Positions 25,707 through 39,200 of a stretch of DNA of 64,000 bases are shown one piece after another; position 1 is the stretch's first letter; the number at the start of each line of letters is the position of its first letter. This stretch comes from Tubulanus polymorphus. Its lineage: Eukaryota > Animalia > Nemertea. Below the pieces are notes generated by a model that saw only the letters and a program-made list of their open reading frames with translations, made no database searches and had not been told where the DNA came from. The translations under genes were made by a program, and so were the position numbers. The DNA lies in the NCBI RefSeq assembly GCF_964204645.1, contig NC_134025.1, forward strand, positions 11,036,001 to 11,100,000. The letters run 5' to 3'.

Positions 25707-26040
25707 TAGGCTATCTGCGTTGAAAACAGGGCAGAACTATTTCGATCTTGTTGAAAATTGCAGTTAAAAAAAGCCAGGTGCTTCACTTATTTCAAAGAAC
25801 TCGGTGAAATTGGAAGTTGCGCGCAATTTCAGCGATTAGTGAATGAACGTGCCAAAAATTCTGCATTAATTTTCGTCATATTCAAAGCCTAATCCGAGAA
25901 GTGTAGGCTATCTGCATTTCAAATGGCAAAATGTGGCAAAACATGGCAGGATGAGTTGGAATTGAAAATTGCAGAAAAGAAGGCCGGCGCTACACTCATT
26001 TCAAAGAACTAAGTGAAATTGGAAGTTGTGCGCAATTAGC
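25707..26040. repeat. Diverged tandem duplication, ~197-bp period x 2
   Basis: TAGGCTATCTGC at 25707 and 25904; TTGAAAATTGCAG and ATTTCAAAGAACT..GTGAAATTGGAAGTTG.GCGCAATT occur in both units. Confidence 0.8.
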
Positions 26041-26278
26041 CGTACGGTACATTGTTTTTGCGCGCACCTGCCCGGGTAGTGTAATTGCCATCGTTGGACA
26101 GCGGCATTCTCGTTTGAGAGACATGATGCAATATTCCGCTAATAATGAAATTAACGAAATGAACGACACACAGAGAGACAACACGACGCGTATACTCGAC
26201 TGTCTTTCCTGCGGTACACGCACACGCGGCGTCGTCGTCTCTGTCGCTGATTAAAACGAATGACCGACGCTTAAGCCG

Positions 26279-26530
26279 CGATCACACGGATGCGATTTGG
26301 CCTGGGCCAAATTGGCACGGATCAGGCCCCGAGTCAAATTTGGCTCGTGCCTAATTAGAGAACGCGTTCGCGCGTGAACCTAAACAGTGCTTAAACGAAG
26401 CAAAGTGATCACTTCCAGAACCAGTTGCAATTCGCATGCGATAATTAGGCCTGGTCCGATGTTTTTGGTCGGGCAGGCCGATTGGACACCGGTGTGACCA
26501 GTTGTTCCGTGCAAAATTTGGCTTTATTCT
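26279..26530. repeat. Dispersed repeat family E, copy 2
   Basis: Matches 24258-24329; 26447-26524 (GGTCCGATGTTTTTGGT; CCGTGCAAAATTTGGCTT) matches the reverse complement of about 51700-51780. Confidence 0.65.
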
Positions 26531-27977
26531 TCTTGCGCCTGGACATGGGGAATCAGTTCAACTTCGAATTCGCGTTCGAAAATTCACCCTTGCCACTCGG
26601 GAGAAAGTGTACACAGCGCTAATAGCCGCCGGGCGAGCATGACCAAATTAATTTCGTCGTCGACAACGCGCGTCTTTGGAGAAAATTTGACTCACAACGG
26701 CGACTATTGCGAATTTATTTTAATGACCGGTCGGAATGTCGCGAAAGTCGGAAGAAAACTTAACTAGACACGGCATGCGAGCCGCTACTAGTCCGCACTA
26801 GTCGGCGGCGACCAGCGTAAAAACATTGACTCACTGATAATTCCCGCGATGATGCGCGCGCGATAATCAAGTCGCCTCGAGTAATTACTTTTTATTTCAA
26901 ATTTCACCGAACAAAAGAAATTTGATCTTAGGTAACGATCTCGTGAATTATTCATGCCCTCGCGCGACCGACCGACCGGTCATTCCAGAAGCGAATCACG
27001 AATGAAGAAACGCGCTTGGTTTTCAATACATTAAGGATATGAATTTTTCAAGCACTTTTTTTTTCATTCTCGAAAAGAGACATCGTTCGGTATTTGACAC
27101 CATCGTCAAAACGTCACGGCGATGAATGATGCCGCTACCGGAAATACGCGTAACACTATCTAGTAACTTTACTTCAGCCAATTCTACGGGGAGATTTCGT
27201 ATGCAAAATGAAACCGGGTCTCGCGGTATATAATTCATTGAAACTGAACGCGTTCGAGTGTAACGAACAATGGCTTCTAATCAAACCCTCCAAAAACTCT
27301 CTAATGTCTGAAATGAACTGGAATCAAAGACTTCTCGTGTAAATTCCGCACCTCTGTAATCATCATCGCCGAAGCCCGCTCTAAAGGACTCGAACCCGAA
27401 ATCTTTTAATTTTTGAGTGGCAATTTTTCTCTTCCACACGAGCCACAATCGTTTGGTTATTCGATGCATATTTCATTAAGATGCGCAGCAGAAGATTCAG
27501 CCCCAGTGGCAATTATTATGTCGTACATGAAATAAAGATACCTAGATACCCACGTTATAGCCTTGCCGTATATGCATTTTTCTGGTTCATTAAAAATCGT
27601 GAATGTTTAATGGTCCGAAGGGACGTTCATTGTTGATCTTGAATATGCAAATTGAAATATAGTACGAGGGTTAAATTGATAGCTGCGCAGAGACCTCGCA
27701 TGCGCGTTCATATCGCATTTCAAACGCCGAAAAAACACGGCGCATCGACTAATGCTAGGGTTTTAACTGGCGCCGTTATTCAGCTAAATCGATAGGCTTG
27801 TGGTTTATCCAAAATGACGGTTCGTTTGTCGAGGAGAATGTCAGATTACTGCCTGATAATTTGATTACATGTATTTTCTTTTTCGAAAATGAAATTTGAG
27901 CGAGGTTGAAATCGACTGAAGTATCCGTTATGCGTTGAGTTGAAAAGAGAGGCCAATATAAGTAATTTTAAACCAGT

Positions 27978-28180
27978 ATCCCACACTAATATGATGAGAA
28001 ATATGAAGTGCGAAAAGTTTCCTTTAAGCAGATGATTTATTGAATCGACGTTTCGATTATAACCAAAAAGTCATCTTCAGCAATACTAAAGTAGGTCATA
28101 GTCGAAACGTAGAATCAATAAATTATTAGCTTTAGAGAAACTTTTCGCTCTTCATCTTTCCCGTAACATCAGTGTGGGAT
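27978..28180. mobile_element. Fold-back element (~87-bp imperfect arms) containing a degenerate hammerhead-ribozyme-like core; possible Penelope-like retroelement terminal remnant
   Basis: The left arm ATCCCACACT...GCGAAAAGTTTC...ATTTATTGA..C.ACGTTTCGA.TAT.ACC pairs with the right arm. The minus strand at 28085-28038 reads TATTG-CTGAAGA-TGAC...ATC-GAAAC-GTCG-ATT-CAATA, followed by AATAAA. Confidence 0.6.
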
Positions 28181-30522
28181 TATCTATATATCGTCACAAC
28201 ACAAACATAGTGTTTCACCCATGGTTAACTGTTTATCAGATTCTGTCACTACTCTTGATTTCAGATTCAGGACTGTGTAGTAAACGCTGAAAGCAGCAAA
28301 ATGTTTCATCGCGATCTATCACTTTGTCGCTGCCGTTTTGTCCAGGGCATGTCAAAATGATATAAGTGTATGAGGCAAATACCCTAAAGGCATAACCAAA
28401 TAGCCAGGGTCTGATCTACAGGTTACACCCACATAACTGCGCAAAATTTTATGATGCGTTAGATTTCTCGCTGTTCATTCAAACGAAGCTGGCTCGCGAT
28501 CCATTATATACGTACCCATCCACGGCAGCGACGCCGTTTCAGCTAACGATTTTTACTTTACGCCGGCGAATTGCCCGCAGGTTATCTGTGCCAGCGAACA
28601 AACGAAACAAAGTATAAAAGATCGACAATGTCGACAAATGCAATTAAATTGACCACACAGAATTGTATCGCGTAACATATATTTTCCAGGTAACTCGGTC
28701 TCGGATAAAGAGTGATGCAGGTGCACATCAAAGGCGGCGTAGTCCGTCTGAAATTTTAGAGGCGCGCATTAAGCCATAACGTGTCAAACGTGATAAGTAC
28801 GATCATTAAAGCGCGCGCGTGCGTGGTATCGGAATATATATACATTATAAATGTACGCCCAAAAACTTGGCTTCAGAAATGATCGTCAATTTTCTAGAAA
28901 CCCTTTTCCCGTTAAAGTACGTTCGATAATGGCGTTCTTTACAAAGCATCTAAACGCAAAAGCGAATACAAAGTAATTCTATACGCGATCCTATCTTCTA
29001 TAGCAGCAGTGTAGCTGTTTTAGTGCTTATTATTACCTTACCGAAGGAGGCATTCTATGAAAAGGGTATCAACAAAAGTAGCTCGCTAGCCAATAATCTA
29101 GTTCGAACGTTAAACGCCATTAGAAGTTATGTATGATAAAACCTTCGTTTAATATGTACGCGACAAAAAAAAATGTCAGAAAAAATGTCAGGCCATAGAT
29201 CTGAACAAATATGATACGTAAGCTCTGAATCCTCATGGCGCCAGAAAAGAAATGCACACGCACTGGTATCGACCGACCGGGGCGCTCGGACCAGGTGCTA
29301 CGACGTTTCCCATTGTCGGGACGAGGCGTTTTATAACGAGGAAAAAAATCTGCCAGCCAGAATTATGGTTTACGAACGATGTCGACGCGGCGTAGCGTTG
29401 CGCAATATTTCGCACCGCCGACGCGGTTACGACTGGACATTATAGCCCAATTATACCGAGCCATCAACTGCGGAACGAGGGAATTATTGCCGTCAATAAG
29501 CACGTTTATTTCTGATACGACGACGACGACGACAAAACCTGACACTTCTTATACGAGTTTCGAGTTGTCGTTATTATCTATTTCATTCTCCGTCGTCTTA
29601 CGCGAGACTTAATCTCATTTTCTCTCGTGTGTGCGCGGGATCTAAAGCTTCTAAGTATTATTGTGGCGAAAAGAAAAAACAAAACAAAAGAACGGTTTTT
29701 CAACCAACATCGAATTCGAACTTCCCACCCTTTTGATGTCGTTCGTTTCAATTTCGGTACGTGCATATCATTCCCGCCCGAGGAGGGTGTAACAAAAATT
29801 CGCCAATTTATAATCGTTGCGGTATTTAAGTTTCAGCTTGCTATCGTCGTCGTCGTCGTCATCTCGCGAAAATGTGGATTTCGAAATCGATGCGTCGAAA
29901 TCATTTTTTCCTCCCCGACCGCTAATTCTAGATCTAGATCGACTACACTCTCTACTTCGCTGCTACTGATACTGATACTAAATGGAACCTGTCATTTGTG
30001 TCGACCCGGTTTGACCCTAAGGCGCAAACACACACAGAGGAAACAACAGACCACGGCTGTTCTCTCGCGAACACCACACCTTTTCCAACAAAGGAACACT
30101 TGTTTAAGTCCTCGTCATCGTCAGCGTTGTCGTCGTCGACAAAGCTATCGCTGTTATTCTTTTTTTTTCCAGTTCTCCCAACCAACGACGATGATCATCG
30201 CGATGGGTAAAAATTTTTACATCGATATCTACCAAACGAAGGAAGGTACACGATACCTGGAATTGTAGCGCGTCATTGGTCATTTTAATAGTAAAGTACC
30301 GGGCGGCGTTCCCAGGCGATCTATCGATACGATCTCTTGAACACGGTTGGATGCCGTCCAAAATTTTGCTTAAATCGCGAATAGATTTTCTAGTTCTTAC
30401 GTTTTCACGCGTTGAAAAGGTAAAAATTATATGAAATTGCTCAATATCCGTTTAAGGTAAATTATGAAGTCGAAAGTGTTGACCAAATTAATTCCCTCAA
30501 CGATGCATTTTTGTTCTACTTT

Positions 30523-30742
30523 ACGCTAAGAAACCGATACCTTGTTTCTCATTTCTGCTAAGCTTTAAAGTTGACCCTGCTGGCCGTCAACATACCCTGT
30601 ACATTAATCTTTAAAAATGCATGATCAAGCTAACCATAGCAGACCCAGTGGCTATAGAAATGAACTGATTACAAATATCATTGCAGTTTACAAAAATGGC
30701 ACGGCCGATTAGGAGAAACAAGGTATCATTTCATTTCAGCCT
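30523..30742. mobile_element. MITE family C copy 2
   Basis: GATACCTTGTTTCTC ... GAGAAACAAGGTATC inverted termini; internal CATGATCAAGCTAA and GAACTGATTACAAAT shared with the other copies. Confidence 0.8.
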
Positions 30743-30829
30743 AATCATAAAAAGGTTTTTACAATAACGACTATTAACGTAACTAAGATGTCAGAAAAAT
30801 TATATATATATATAATTTTTATATATAAT

Positions 30830-30834
<5 letters not shown>

Positions 30835-30893
<59 letters not shown>
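30835..30893. repeat. (AT)n microsatellite (others at about 32575, 44830, 53238 and 54476)
   Basis: Directly visible. Confidence 0.95.
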
Positions 30894-30895
<2 letters not shown>

Positions 30896-33800
30896 GCGTC
30901 TAGCTAGACATCTCAACACCTGTAAAACCCATGGAAAGTGATAATGTTGAACGAGCCAAGCGACTAAGATATCATAAACATATATCATATTCTTATACCG
31001 AAGTAAATGTATCTTTTCATCGTATCGCATTTCATTAAGTTGTCCACTCGCTTTTCATTATATCTACGTACATATATATATCTAGTTTCTCGTTGCGCCC
31101 GCATTTTGCCCACGATATCAAACCAAGCAACTGCCAACGTGAAAAAAAAGAAGAAATAGCAAACGAACATCTATCTACCACAAACGCTATACGCGCGCGC
31201 GCGCACACATCCACACCCGAAATCAAAGGCCCGAGGCGAAATTTGAGTTGCCTAAAAAAACATTTTCCTTTTGGCATCGACTATGAAATCATTTTTTATT
31301 TCGAATTGTACGAAAAAAACAACGCCGAATCAAAAGACTACGAACAATGGTTTTTCGAAAAAAAAAAACAGAAAAAAATTCTATTCATTTACATCATTAT
31401 AATGTTCAGATTTGTAATATATTCATGATTGATGGGTCTAAAGGTTCAAGGCAAGGCTTAATCCGAAATGATATTTTCTTATTTGGGATATTTTCAAAGG
31501 GACATTTGGGATCATCTTTGGCTGCATAGTTTAGCACAAAAAAAACTAATTTGAATTTCTAAATAATTCTAAGTACCTTTTTTGGTAACTGGTTAAGTTT
31601 TCAAAATGTCTGCTCTCTTGGAAATGGATACGCGATGAAATAGGGTAGGGAAACTAGCTAATTTCACTGAAGAATCATTAAAATCTAGCTTAAATTTCAA
31701 CCGACTTCACTTCGAGAGTTTCTTTAACGACAACCTTCATCATATACATCTACAAAAGGTCAGCCGTCTGAGAAGCGAAATTTGTCAAGAGGGATAGGTG
31801 CTTGCTCGTATGAAAAACCATTGCAGCAGCTGGCCATAGGCTATAACCATTGTTCGGCGCGCGCAGGAAGCTACGTTTAAAAAAGCATTTAATGGATGGA
31901 GAGCAGCTTGCAGTTTATAAATTGAATGAATTACATATGCCGGCTAAGCACAGCTAGACATAGGAAAATTCAGATTACGGCCATGCCATCATGGAGAAAA
32001 AATTCGAATAGCACATTGAACATAATACCTGAACCAGGTGGCCGTAGGTCCTTCATCATAAATTAGAATTTTAATAGGTGACTGATTTTTTTCTCCTTTA
32101 TTCGACAAAGCCAAATATGTTTTTCCAGTACATCTAGTCAATATAACTCGTCGATCATACCCGTAAATTATAATATAACTGTCATTTTTTTCTATTATAT
32201 ATTTGCTTTTTTTCTTTTATATATTAGTTTGACGAAGCTAAAATGGTTTATCAGAATATTTTACTAGTTCTCTTCTGGGCAACTATCGATTTTCTTTGGT
32301 GCATCGATTTGACTATCAAGCATAAGATGCCGCCCAGAATTTGGATTTTTAGTTTCTATCATTGTTAAGTGAAAATCATTTTAAGTTCACTATGAAGAGA
32401 TGTCATTTTCGAAAAACCATAATTTGAAAACCTTAAGGACTCTGCCCATACTTTTGTCGTGGTATGGTATGTCAGTAACAACTAAGAATTTCATCGGATG
32501 ATTATTTTGTTATCAATGTCAATTTTGATCCAAGCAAAAATAACTTATTGTAAAATTTTCCTCGAAATATAGCTATATATATATATATATATATATATTT
32601 CTAAAAAATCGGAATATGACAAGGATTCCCTTCCTACGTACATATCAAACAAAAGAAACATGAAAATCAAGATTCTTTCATTTCAAGTTTTATACAAACT
32701 GACACTGGTCAAACAGGAGTATTCATACACTGTTCACATTTGACTCATTGCCCCAATATCAATGCCAGTTTAAACTCTGTTTGACCAGATAAAGCCTACA
32801 TTACGCTTTCATTTCAGAGAATATACGGTCGTTAAATCTTATCATCTAAGGAAACATTCAAGACATTCCTAGAAAATGGTGCAATACCGGCCTGCTAGAA
32901 AAACTGGTCATTCGTAATCGATTTAGGACGGAGACGATCTTATCGAGGAGGAGGGTAGACGTATTCATTCGGAACTATCTCCTTTCAAACATATGCGTAT
33001 GCCTTTTTACGTTGAAGTTTGTAAGGCCTCGGTGATGAATCGACTAATGGCTCTTTGCATTGACCACTCAGATCGTGAAGTGTGTAATGATATATACTAA
33101 ACGGTGCCAGAACGGCTCGCTATTTAAAACGGGAACCTTTAAAATCGTCCGCTCGTTTTGTTTTTCCGATACGACAAAATACTAGTAATAATATAGCTAC
33201 ACGAATATTGAAAGCGAAAAAAGCGCTCTCTATGATGATGATGATGATGATGGCGCTCAGTGCAAAGTTCTCCAAAATCGAGTGGCGACGTTTTAAGCGC
33301 ATAAATATTTAAACAGATATTCGTCGAGTGAAAAGTTTACAAATACGGATGCGAACCACTCGACGATCGAGCATTGTGTCGTAAGGGAGACAGTCCCGTG
33401 ATAAAGTCATCCCGAAAAAAATAAAGGAAAAAGACAAAACTAGCCCGGGCCACCATCTGATTCGTCCTAGGCTCGCTCGGCCTAAGTAGAAATGGTGATG
33501 CAAGTGTCACTCGAAACCGGCATCAATGTCAAAAACAAGAAGTGTTACGAAATGCGAGATCTCACAGCAACAGGAACAGCAACAGTAACGCTGAAGGTGA
33601 TTGAAATTTTTTTTCCGAGGCGTACGACGACATCGGGCGCCATCCGAAGATAACGACCTGTCAGGACTCGTGACCGTTACGCGTTTAATCCAATTTCTAT
33701 TTTACGTTTCAACGTAAAATTGATATTCGTCGCAGAGAGTTGAAATTCAATTCGGGACGATATATCATTTTCGGAATCGCGCGCGCGTTAGTACACCACA

Positions 33801-35846
33801 CGAGTTAAAAGGTGAATGACATAATTCTATTATCGGAAAAACCCTAAACTTCGACGTATTACATTTCACAATTTGAGCACTTTCGACGGAAATCGTGTTA
33901 CCGAGCGATGCTCGCTCTTTGGCACGTCGTGACACAAAATCGTACTATTGATTTCATTTCGTCATTCGATTCCCGTGCCAAGAAACCTCAAACCGCAGAG
34001 CGGCTTTCAACGTCTTGATCCGGGCGCCGAAATAATTTCGCAGAGATAGATTTCGACTTCTTACGTAACGAATTTTGTGAATCAAAATCTTCCCGAAATC
34101 GAGCCGACATAAGCTCGGTCAACGTGACTACATAAACGAAGTCGTACATTTCACTTAAACATTTTCGAGTAGACATTTCTCGAGCAAAGGGATGCAGAGT
34201 AATCAAACGGATTGATAACAACAAAGAAAACACAGCCGAGATTCGAAAAGATTTAAATAATGATCGCTACAGCACACGAGGGCTGCCTGCGCTGGTTTTA
34301 ATCCTGATTAAGTTTTGCAAGGACAGTTGCCACTTGAGACCATCGCGCGCGCGCGCACGTTAATTTCACGTTTAGCAGACAGTTCGCGCCGCGCTCGAAA
34401 CGCCATTGCAATTTCACCAGTCTTTAAATGTCATACGTTCTCTTGCGCGCTTTGATTTTACTTCAGAGTGTTTTTCAATCGGGCGATAAAGAGCTTTTTG
34501 ATGGTATTTTCTTTTTCTTAAACGACAACGGTAATAATCTAAGAACTGGGCATATTTTTCACCGATTTAAACCGCGCGATGAATTCGTTTTTTTCCTCAT
34601 TTACTGATTGGAAAACGACACCATTCCCTCGGTGGTACTCGAAATTCGTATCTCGCCGAGATGAGATATTTGTCCGAAAAAAAAGAAAATAATTTACGGT
34701 TTCTCGCGCGCGACAAGACTTTTAATCCCCGAAACTGTTTCGAAAATAAAGACCAACTTTAAACGCGACTACAATCGCTTCGAATTTTAAGGCGAAAATA
34801 TGAAAAAAAAAGAAAAAAAATTAGTCATCAAACTTCAAGTGATTATTAAGATCAATGGTATGCATTACACCCGGCTCTCACGTGAAGCTGAAAACGAACT
34901 CGATACTAGCCATACACTGCTGCGCTCTGGTGTCGATCGCCGAAAGCAAGCGAACGAAGCGCGAGTAGTATCTCATTTCCCTCGGATAAAAATGACCGGA
35001 TTTTCTTCGAAAACGCGCCGATGGATGAAATTCGTGACGCGTACGTAAGTCGCCTATTCAGTTCGAGTTATTGTCTCGTCGAGGCTTCGATTTCATTTTA
35101 ATCAGGCTGAAATGGATTTTCGCGCAAAATTTGATTCCCGACGACGCCAGCCATGTTCGGGTACGGTCTCTCTCTCTCTCTCGTAGCGTGCGTCGTCGTG
35201 TGTGCGCGATATGCGAAATTCAAGTTGACCAAGATCGGGTTATCGCGATACTCTCTCGACAAATGCTTCGATGTTCATTTCGTGGCGCATAAAAAAAATC
35301 GATCGCCGAGATGTAATCTGTCAAGATCAAAACCACTCGGGGGTGATTTTAAAAATGCACATTTGACTTTGACCTCCCAGCTAACTAATGCATATATCCT
35401 GCTATCAAATCAAATGCATAGTGTATCGCTCCCTAGATCTTGGTTAAAAATTTTGAAAAAATGAAAGATAATTTTTTGAAATAACCCGATAAAATGGAAT
35501 TCTTAGCGTATCTTGTCAGTTAAGAAGTAATCGAACCATTTTCAAGTGACAAAAATTTCAATGTCAAATCTACGAAAAAGGGTGTCCCGAGAAATGTTAA
35601 GGCCACTCAACAGTTATTCTCCAAAACCACTCATAGCGAGCATAGCCTCTAAAATATATATGCTAGACATTTCGACTCATATAATGGACTGCGTTTACAA
35701 ATAGAATATACCGAACGCGAATTGATACTCGTGTTAAAAAAACAAAACCAATTCAAAGGAAGCTAAAACTTTTCATCGCAGGTTGGTTACGATTACACCA
35801 GTATCAATTCGTGATTGGCCGACGAGATAAAGATCACATGACCTAC

Positions 35847-36245
35847 CTGTATTACTCGTGTTCGTGTCAGCGTCTTTTTGTTTCGGCTTTTCGATCGTCG
35901 TCCGGCCTTTACCGCTGAAACTATCGTCCATGCTTAGGTTCATCGGTATATTTTGCAGTCCAGCTGGTTTCGGGGAGGCTTGCTCCCGTGTGTCGGGCGA
36001 CGCGCGGAAGTTCGCGATCGGCGCCGATATGCTCGGCTGGCGATTTTCGATGTGCGAAAGTCCGTCCTGCATGTCGTTTCCGTCCTCCTCATCCTCCTTC
36101 GTCGTATCGTTGCAACAGCCGACCGGCTTAACGTTCTCCTTATTACATTGTTGAGCTTTGTGATGTATGAATTTAACTATGTCTCCTAAGGGAAATTCTG
36201 CTTGGCAAAGTCCACAAATTAACATATCATGATCGGCTGACTCCA
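35847..36245 (-). CDS. BCL11: BCL11-like internal coding exon (equivalent of vertebrate exon 2) with the N-terminal CCHC zinc finger
   Basis: Encodes [30 protein letters not shown] (cf. BCL11A [30 protein letters not shown]). Acceptor ttttattttctgtcttttgcag|TG (phase 1); donor ACAG|gtaggt (phase 1). The 399-nt exon splices in frame to 8655 (G+AA = Glu). Confidence 0.93.
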
Positions 36246-39200
36246 CTGCAAAAGACAGAAAATAAAACGACGTTTAGATCGCATGTCGCTAAAAAAAGAG
36301 AGAGCACGTATAACGACGACTAAAAAAAAACAACCTGAAATAAAATGTGCGTGTATATAATTAAAAAAATACCCGCTTGATTTGAATGCTGAGAAAAAAA
36401 AATCATCCAATATGTCCGAAACGACGGAAGCGATTTTTAAATGACGACACCGATCTCTCGTTTCAATCGCGAGCGATAATGATAATAATAGAAAAAAAAG
36501 CGTCGCTTACTAGAAGAATACAGCTTCGAAGGGAAGAGCAAGTCGTTCCAAACCGGGGGCATCGTGTGTCCGTCTGCTGGTCGAAACGAGCGAGCGATCG
36601 CGTTCCTATCCTCCGCGACGATAAGATATACAATACGAATATATAACCATGTAGCGGTAGCCAACGTCGTCGTCGACGCGCCGCCGTTTAAAAAAAAAAA
36701 ATCCGGATAGTAGTCGTTCTGCTGTGTGTGCGTCGTGTCGTCAGTCGTCGTCGGGTAAAACGTGCAAATGCGTGCTTGAGGCAGCGTTCTGACTCCTAAC
36801 AAGCATGTCGAGTAATCAATACATAACACGGCCATGCGAGTGCCCGCCCCTTTCACCGTATTGGCCAGCGAGCGCGCCGATCGATAAACGACGCGTACTA
36901 ATGGCTAGAGAGCTCGTCGTCGTCGCGTACCGATCAGCGGGCCCATTCACGGCGGACACATATAGCGCGCGGGACACGTAGTTTTTTTTATTGCGCGGCG
37001 GCTATTATCGCGTACGCGAAATAAAAAAGAATTCGCGTGCACGTGCATATGTGTGCTACGACGATGCGACCTCGCCTCATTTCAGTCCGGCGAGGATGAG
37101 TTTATCTACTACAACAGCTCGGAAATCACGATAGATACCGTAAAAATTGTATGTCTTTTTAATTGTTTCGAGCGGGCAAATCTTTTGTTCTAGACTGAAT
37201 ATAATTGAAAACCGAGAAAAAAGAAACCATTTTGACGAAATCTGTGGAACCGCAAATGATCTGAGTCCATTACTAGAGTTGACTCTCTCTTCGGATCCGA
37301 ATCAAGTTTTTAAACATTGGAAATAGACTAATTTGATTCAAGAATGAAGGACGTCATTAGGATTCTTTTAAGGAGGGTCAGAATTAATACAACTACCTTG
37401 GAACTACCTTGGCTGAGCGCTGAGTTTCTGAATCCTCGCTTGAATAATAGCTTAAAATGTTCATAGATAGTCTTAATTTGAATCTTGAGAGGGGCGTTTT
37501 CTGGACCTTTTAAGGCAAACCATAAACTAAAATCATGCGGAACTTGGATTTAAAAGGGGGGTCATCCACACCCCGCTCCGGTGAAGCCGAAGAGGATCTA
37601 AGTCAACAAACGACATTGGAGCTGGGTCTTGCTATTGAGAACATTAAGTTCATTTATCAATATATTCCCTGGTTGTGGTGCAAAATACACAGACAAAAAT
37701 CCATTTTGTTTCTATTCAACTTTAAGATGATTAACGGTTTTTACTAATGGCGATTGGGCTGCTCATACGCGAAAAATTGGCGGGCTGTGAAACGGTGCGA
37801 TATCGCTCGCTAATACCAACGCATTCATCTGGTCATCGGTGACAAACGATTTCGAATACGCCCGGATTTACACGGTACCAGTCGCTCTACACGTTTAAGA
37901 CATCGAGCTGTGTGACAACTCTCTCAACTGATTTCAGTAGGGGATTCTCGGCGATACACCGTTTTCCGGCTATTGTTTCGAGGCTGCAGATGCCGGAACT
38001 CCCATTCGCAGACAGACAGTAAACCCGGCCGATGTTTTACACCTAATTATTTCAGATGTTCGTCGTCATCGTCGTCAGGTTTGCGCGTAGCGAGAGAAAA
38101 TATTTCGACGGTCGGACGGACGGACCGACGACGAGGGATGAAGCGCGCACAATACGAATACGATCACGGCGATAATACGCCGGATTTCGTCGCTTTTCTA
38201 TTTCGAAACGGACGCTGATAATTTAATCAAGCGGCGGGCGCGCGCTGGCGCTCGCGGAAGCGTTATTCACCTTCCACGAAGCTGGTCAATCGGTAATCCG
38301 CCTAATGGTTTCATCAACGCGTAACGTTTCATTCGCGCATGAAGTCGCATTCCCAGGCGGACGAAAAATCAACGCCAATCAGATAAAAGATTTAGTAGAC
38401 AATATTCGAACTTATTTACGCCGTTTCGGCGACAATGTCGCTGACTCCGCGGCGAGCAGGTTTTTTACATACCAAGGGAAATACTGAAGACACGAGACGC
38501 TATTAGCTGTAAAAAGCCCGATAACGTTTCGTCGCGCGCACAATTAACCGTATCATTTCAAAAATTCATTTCCAAATGAAACCGTACCTGTCGGTGATCC
38601 GTAAAAAATGATCACTTCGCATGTGATCACGGCCACGCGTAGAACAGTAAAAGATCCTCGTTTTATGCGATCTGAGAACAAAAGACTAGCTTCAGGGATT
38701 TGGAGTTACCTCCGTGTAAATGCAGGCCAACTTATGAAGACTTGTAGTTAAGTTTTGATGCCGTAAATCTACGACAATCGATCACATAACCATATCTGTA
38801 CTTTGATTTCTGATTTCAAAATAAAATCCCATTTTGTTCCCAGGTTTGTAAGGGACACCGAACAAGACGAACCAGACCAAATCTACCAACCAAATGAAGT
38901 GCAGGCATACAATCTCTATTTTTAGATCAAAAAATAGTGTAGTTTTGAAAGATGAACAATTCTGTTAAGAATTCTAACCCACAACAACTGAACTAAAAGC
39001 CTAAAATGCTAATTCTATGCCTGTGCATGTATATTTAGGACATTCCTGACCAAAATCTTTCCAACAGCAGAAGACATCATCTTCGATGATGAATACGCGA
39101 AATCCGCCTGATATTTCGCCTGACGCAAGTGGCCATTTAAATGACAGCAATAAGACAGGTGCATTCATACACTGGTGAATAAAAAGTGTCATTAAAATAG

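Larger units (their letters stand above)
8656..35846 (-). other. 27.2-kb GT-AG phase-1 intron of the BCL11-like gene
   Basis: GTAGGT donor at 35846 and TTTTCAG acceptor at 8656, with the frame preserved across the junction. Small internal exons cannot be excluded. Confidence 0.85.

Noticed and set aside
29627-30268. 213-aa plus-strand ORF
   Set aside because: Low-complexity composition driven by (CGT)n and poly-T runs, non-ATG start and no recognisable domain.
35773-35846. C-terminal part of the 157-aa ORF (GRSCDLY...)
   Set aside because: Lies past the strong CAG|GTAGGT donor, so it is intron sequence unless the intron is retained.
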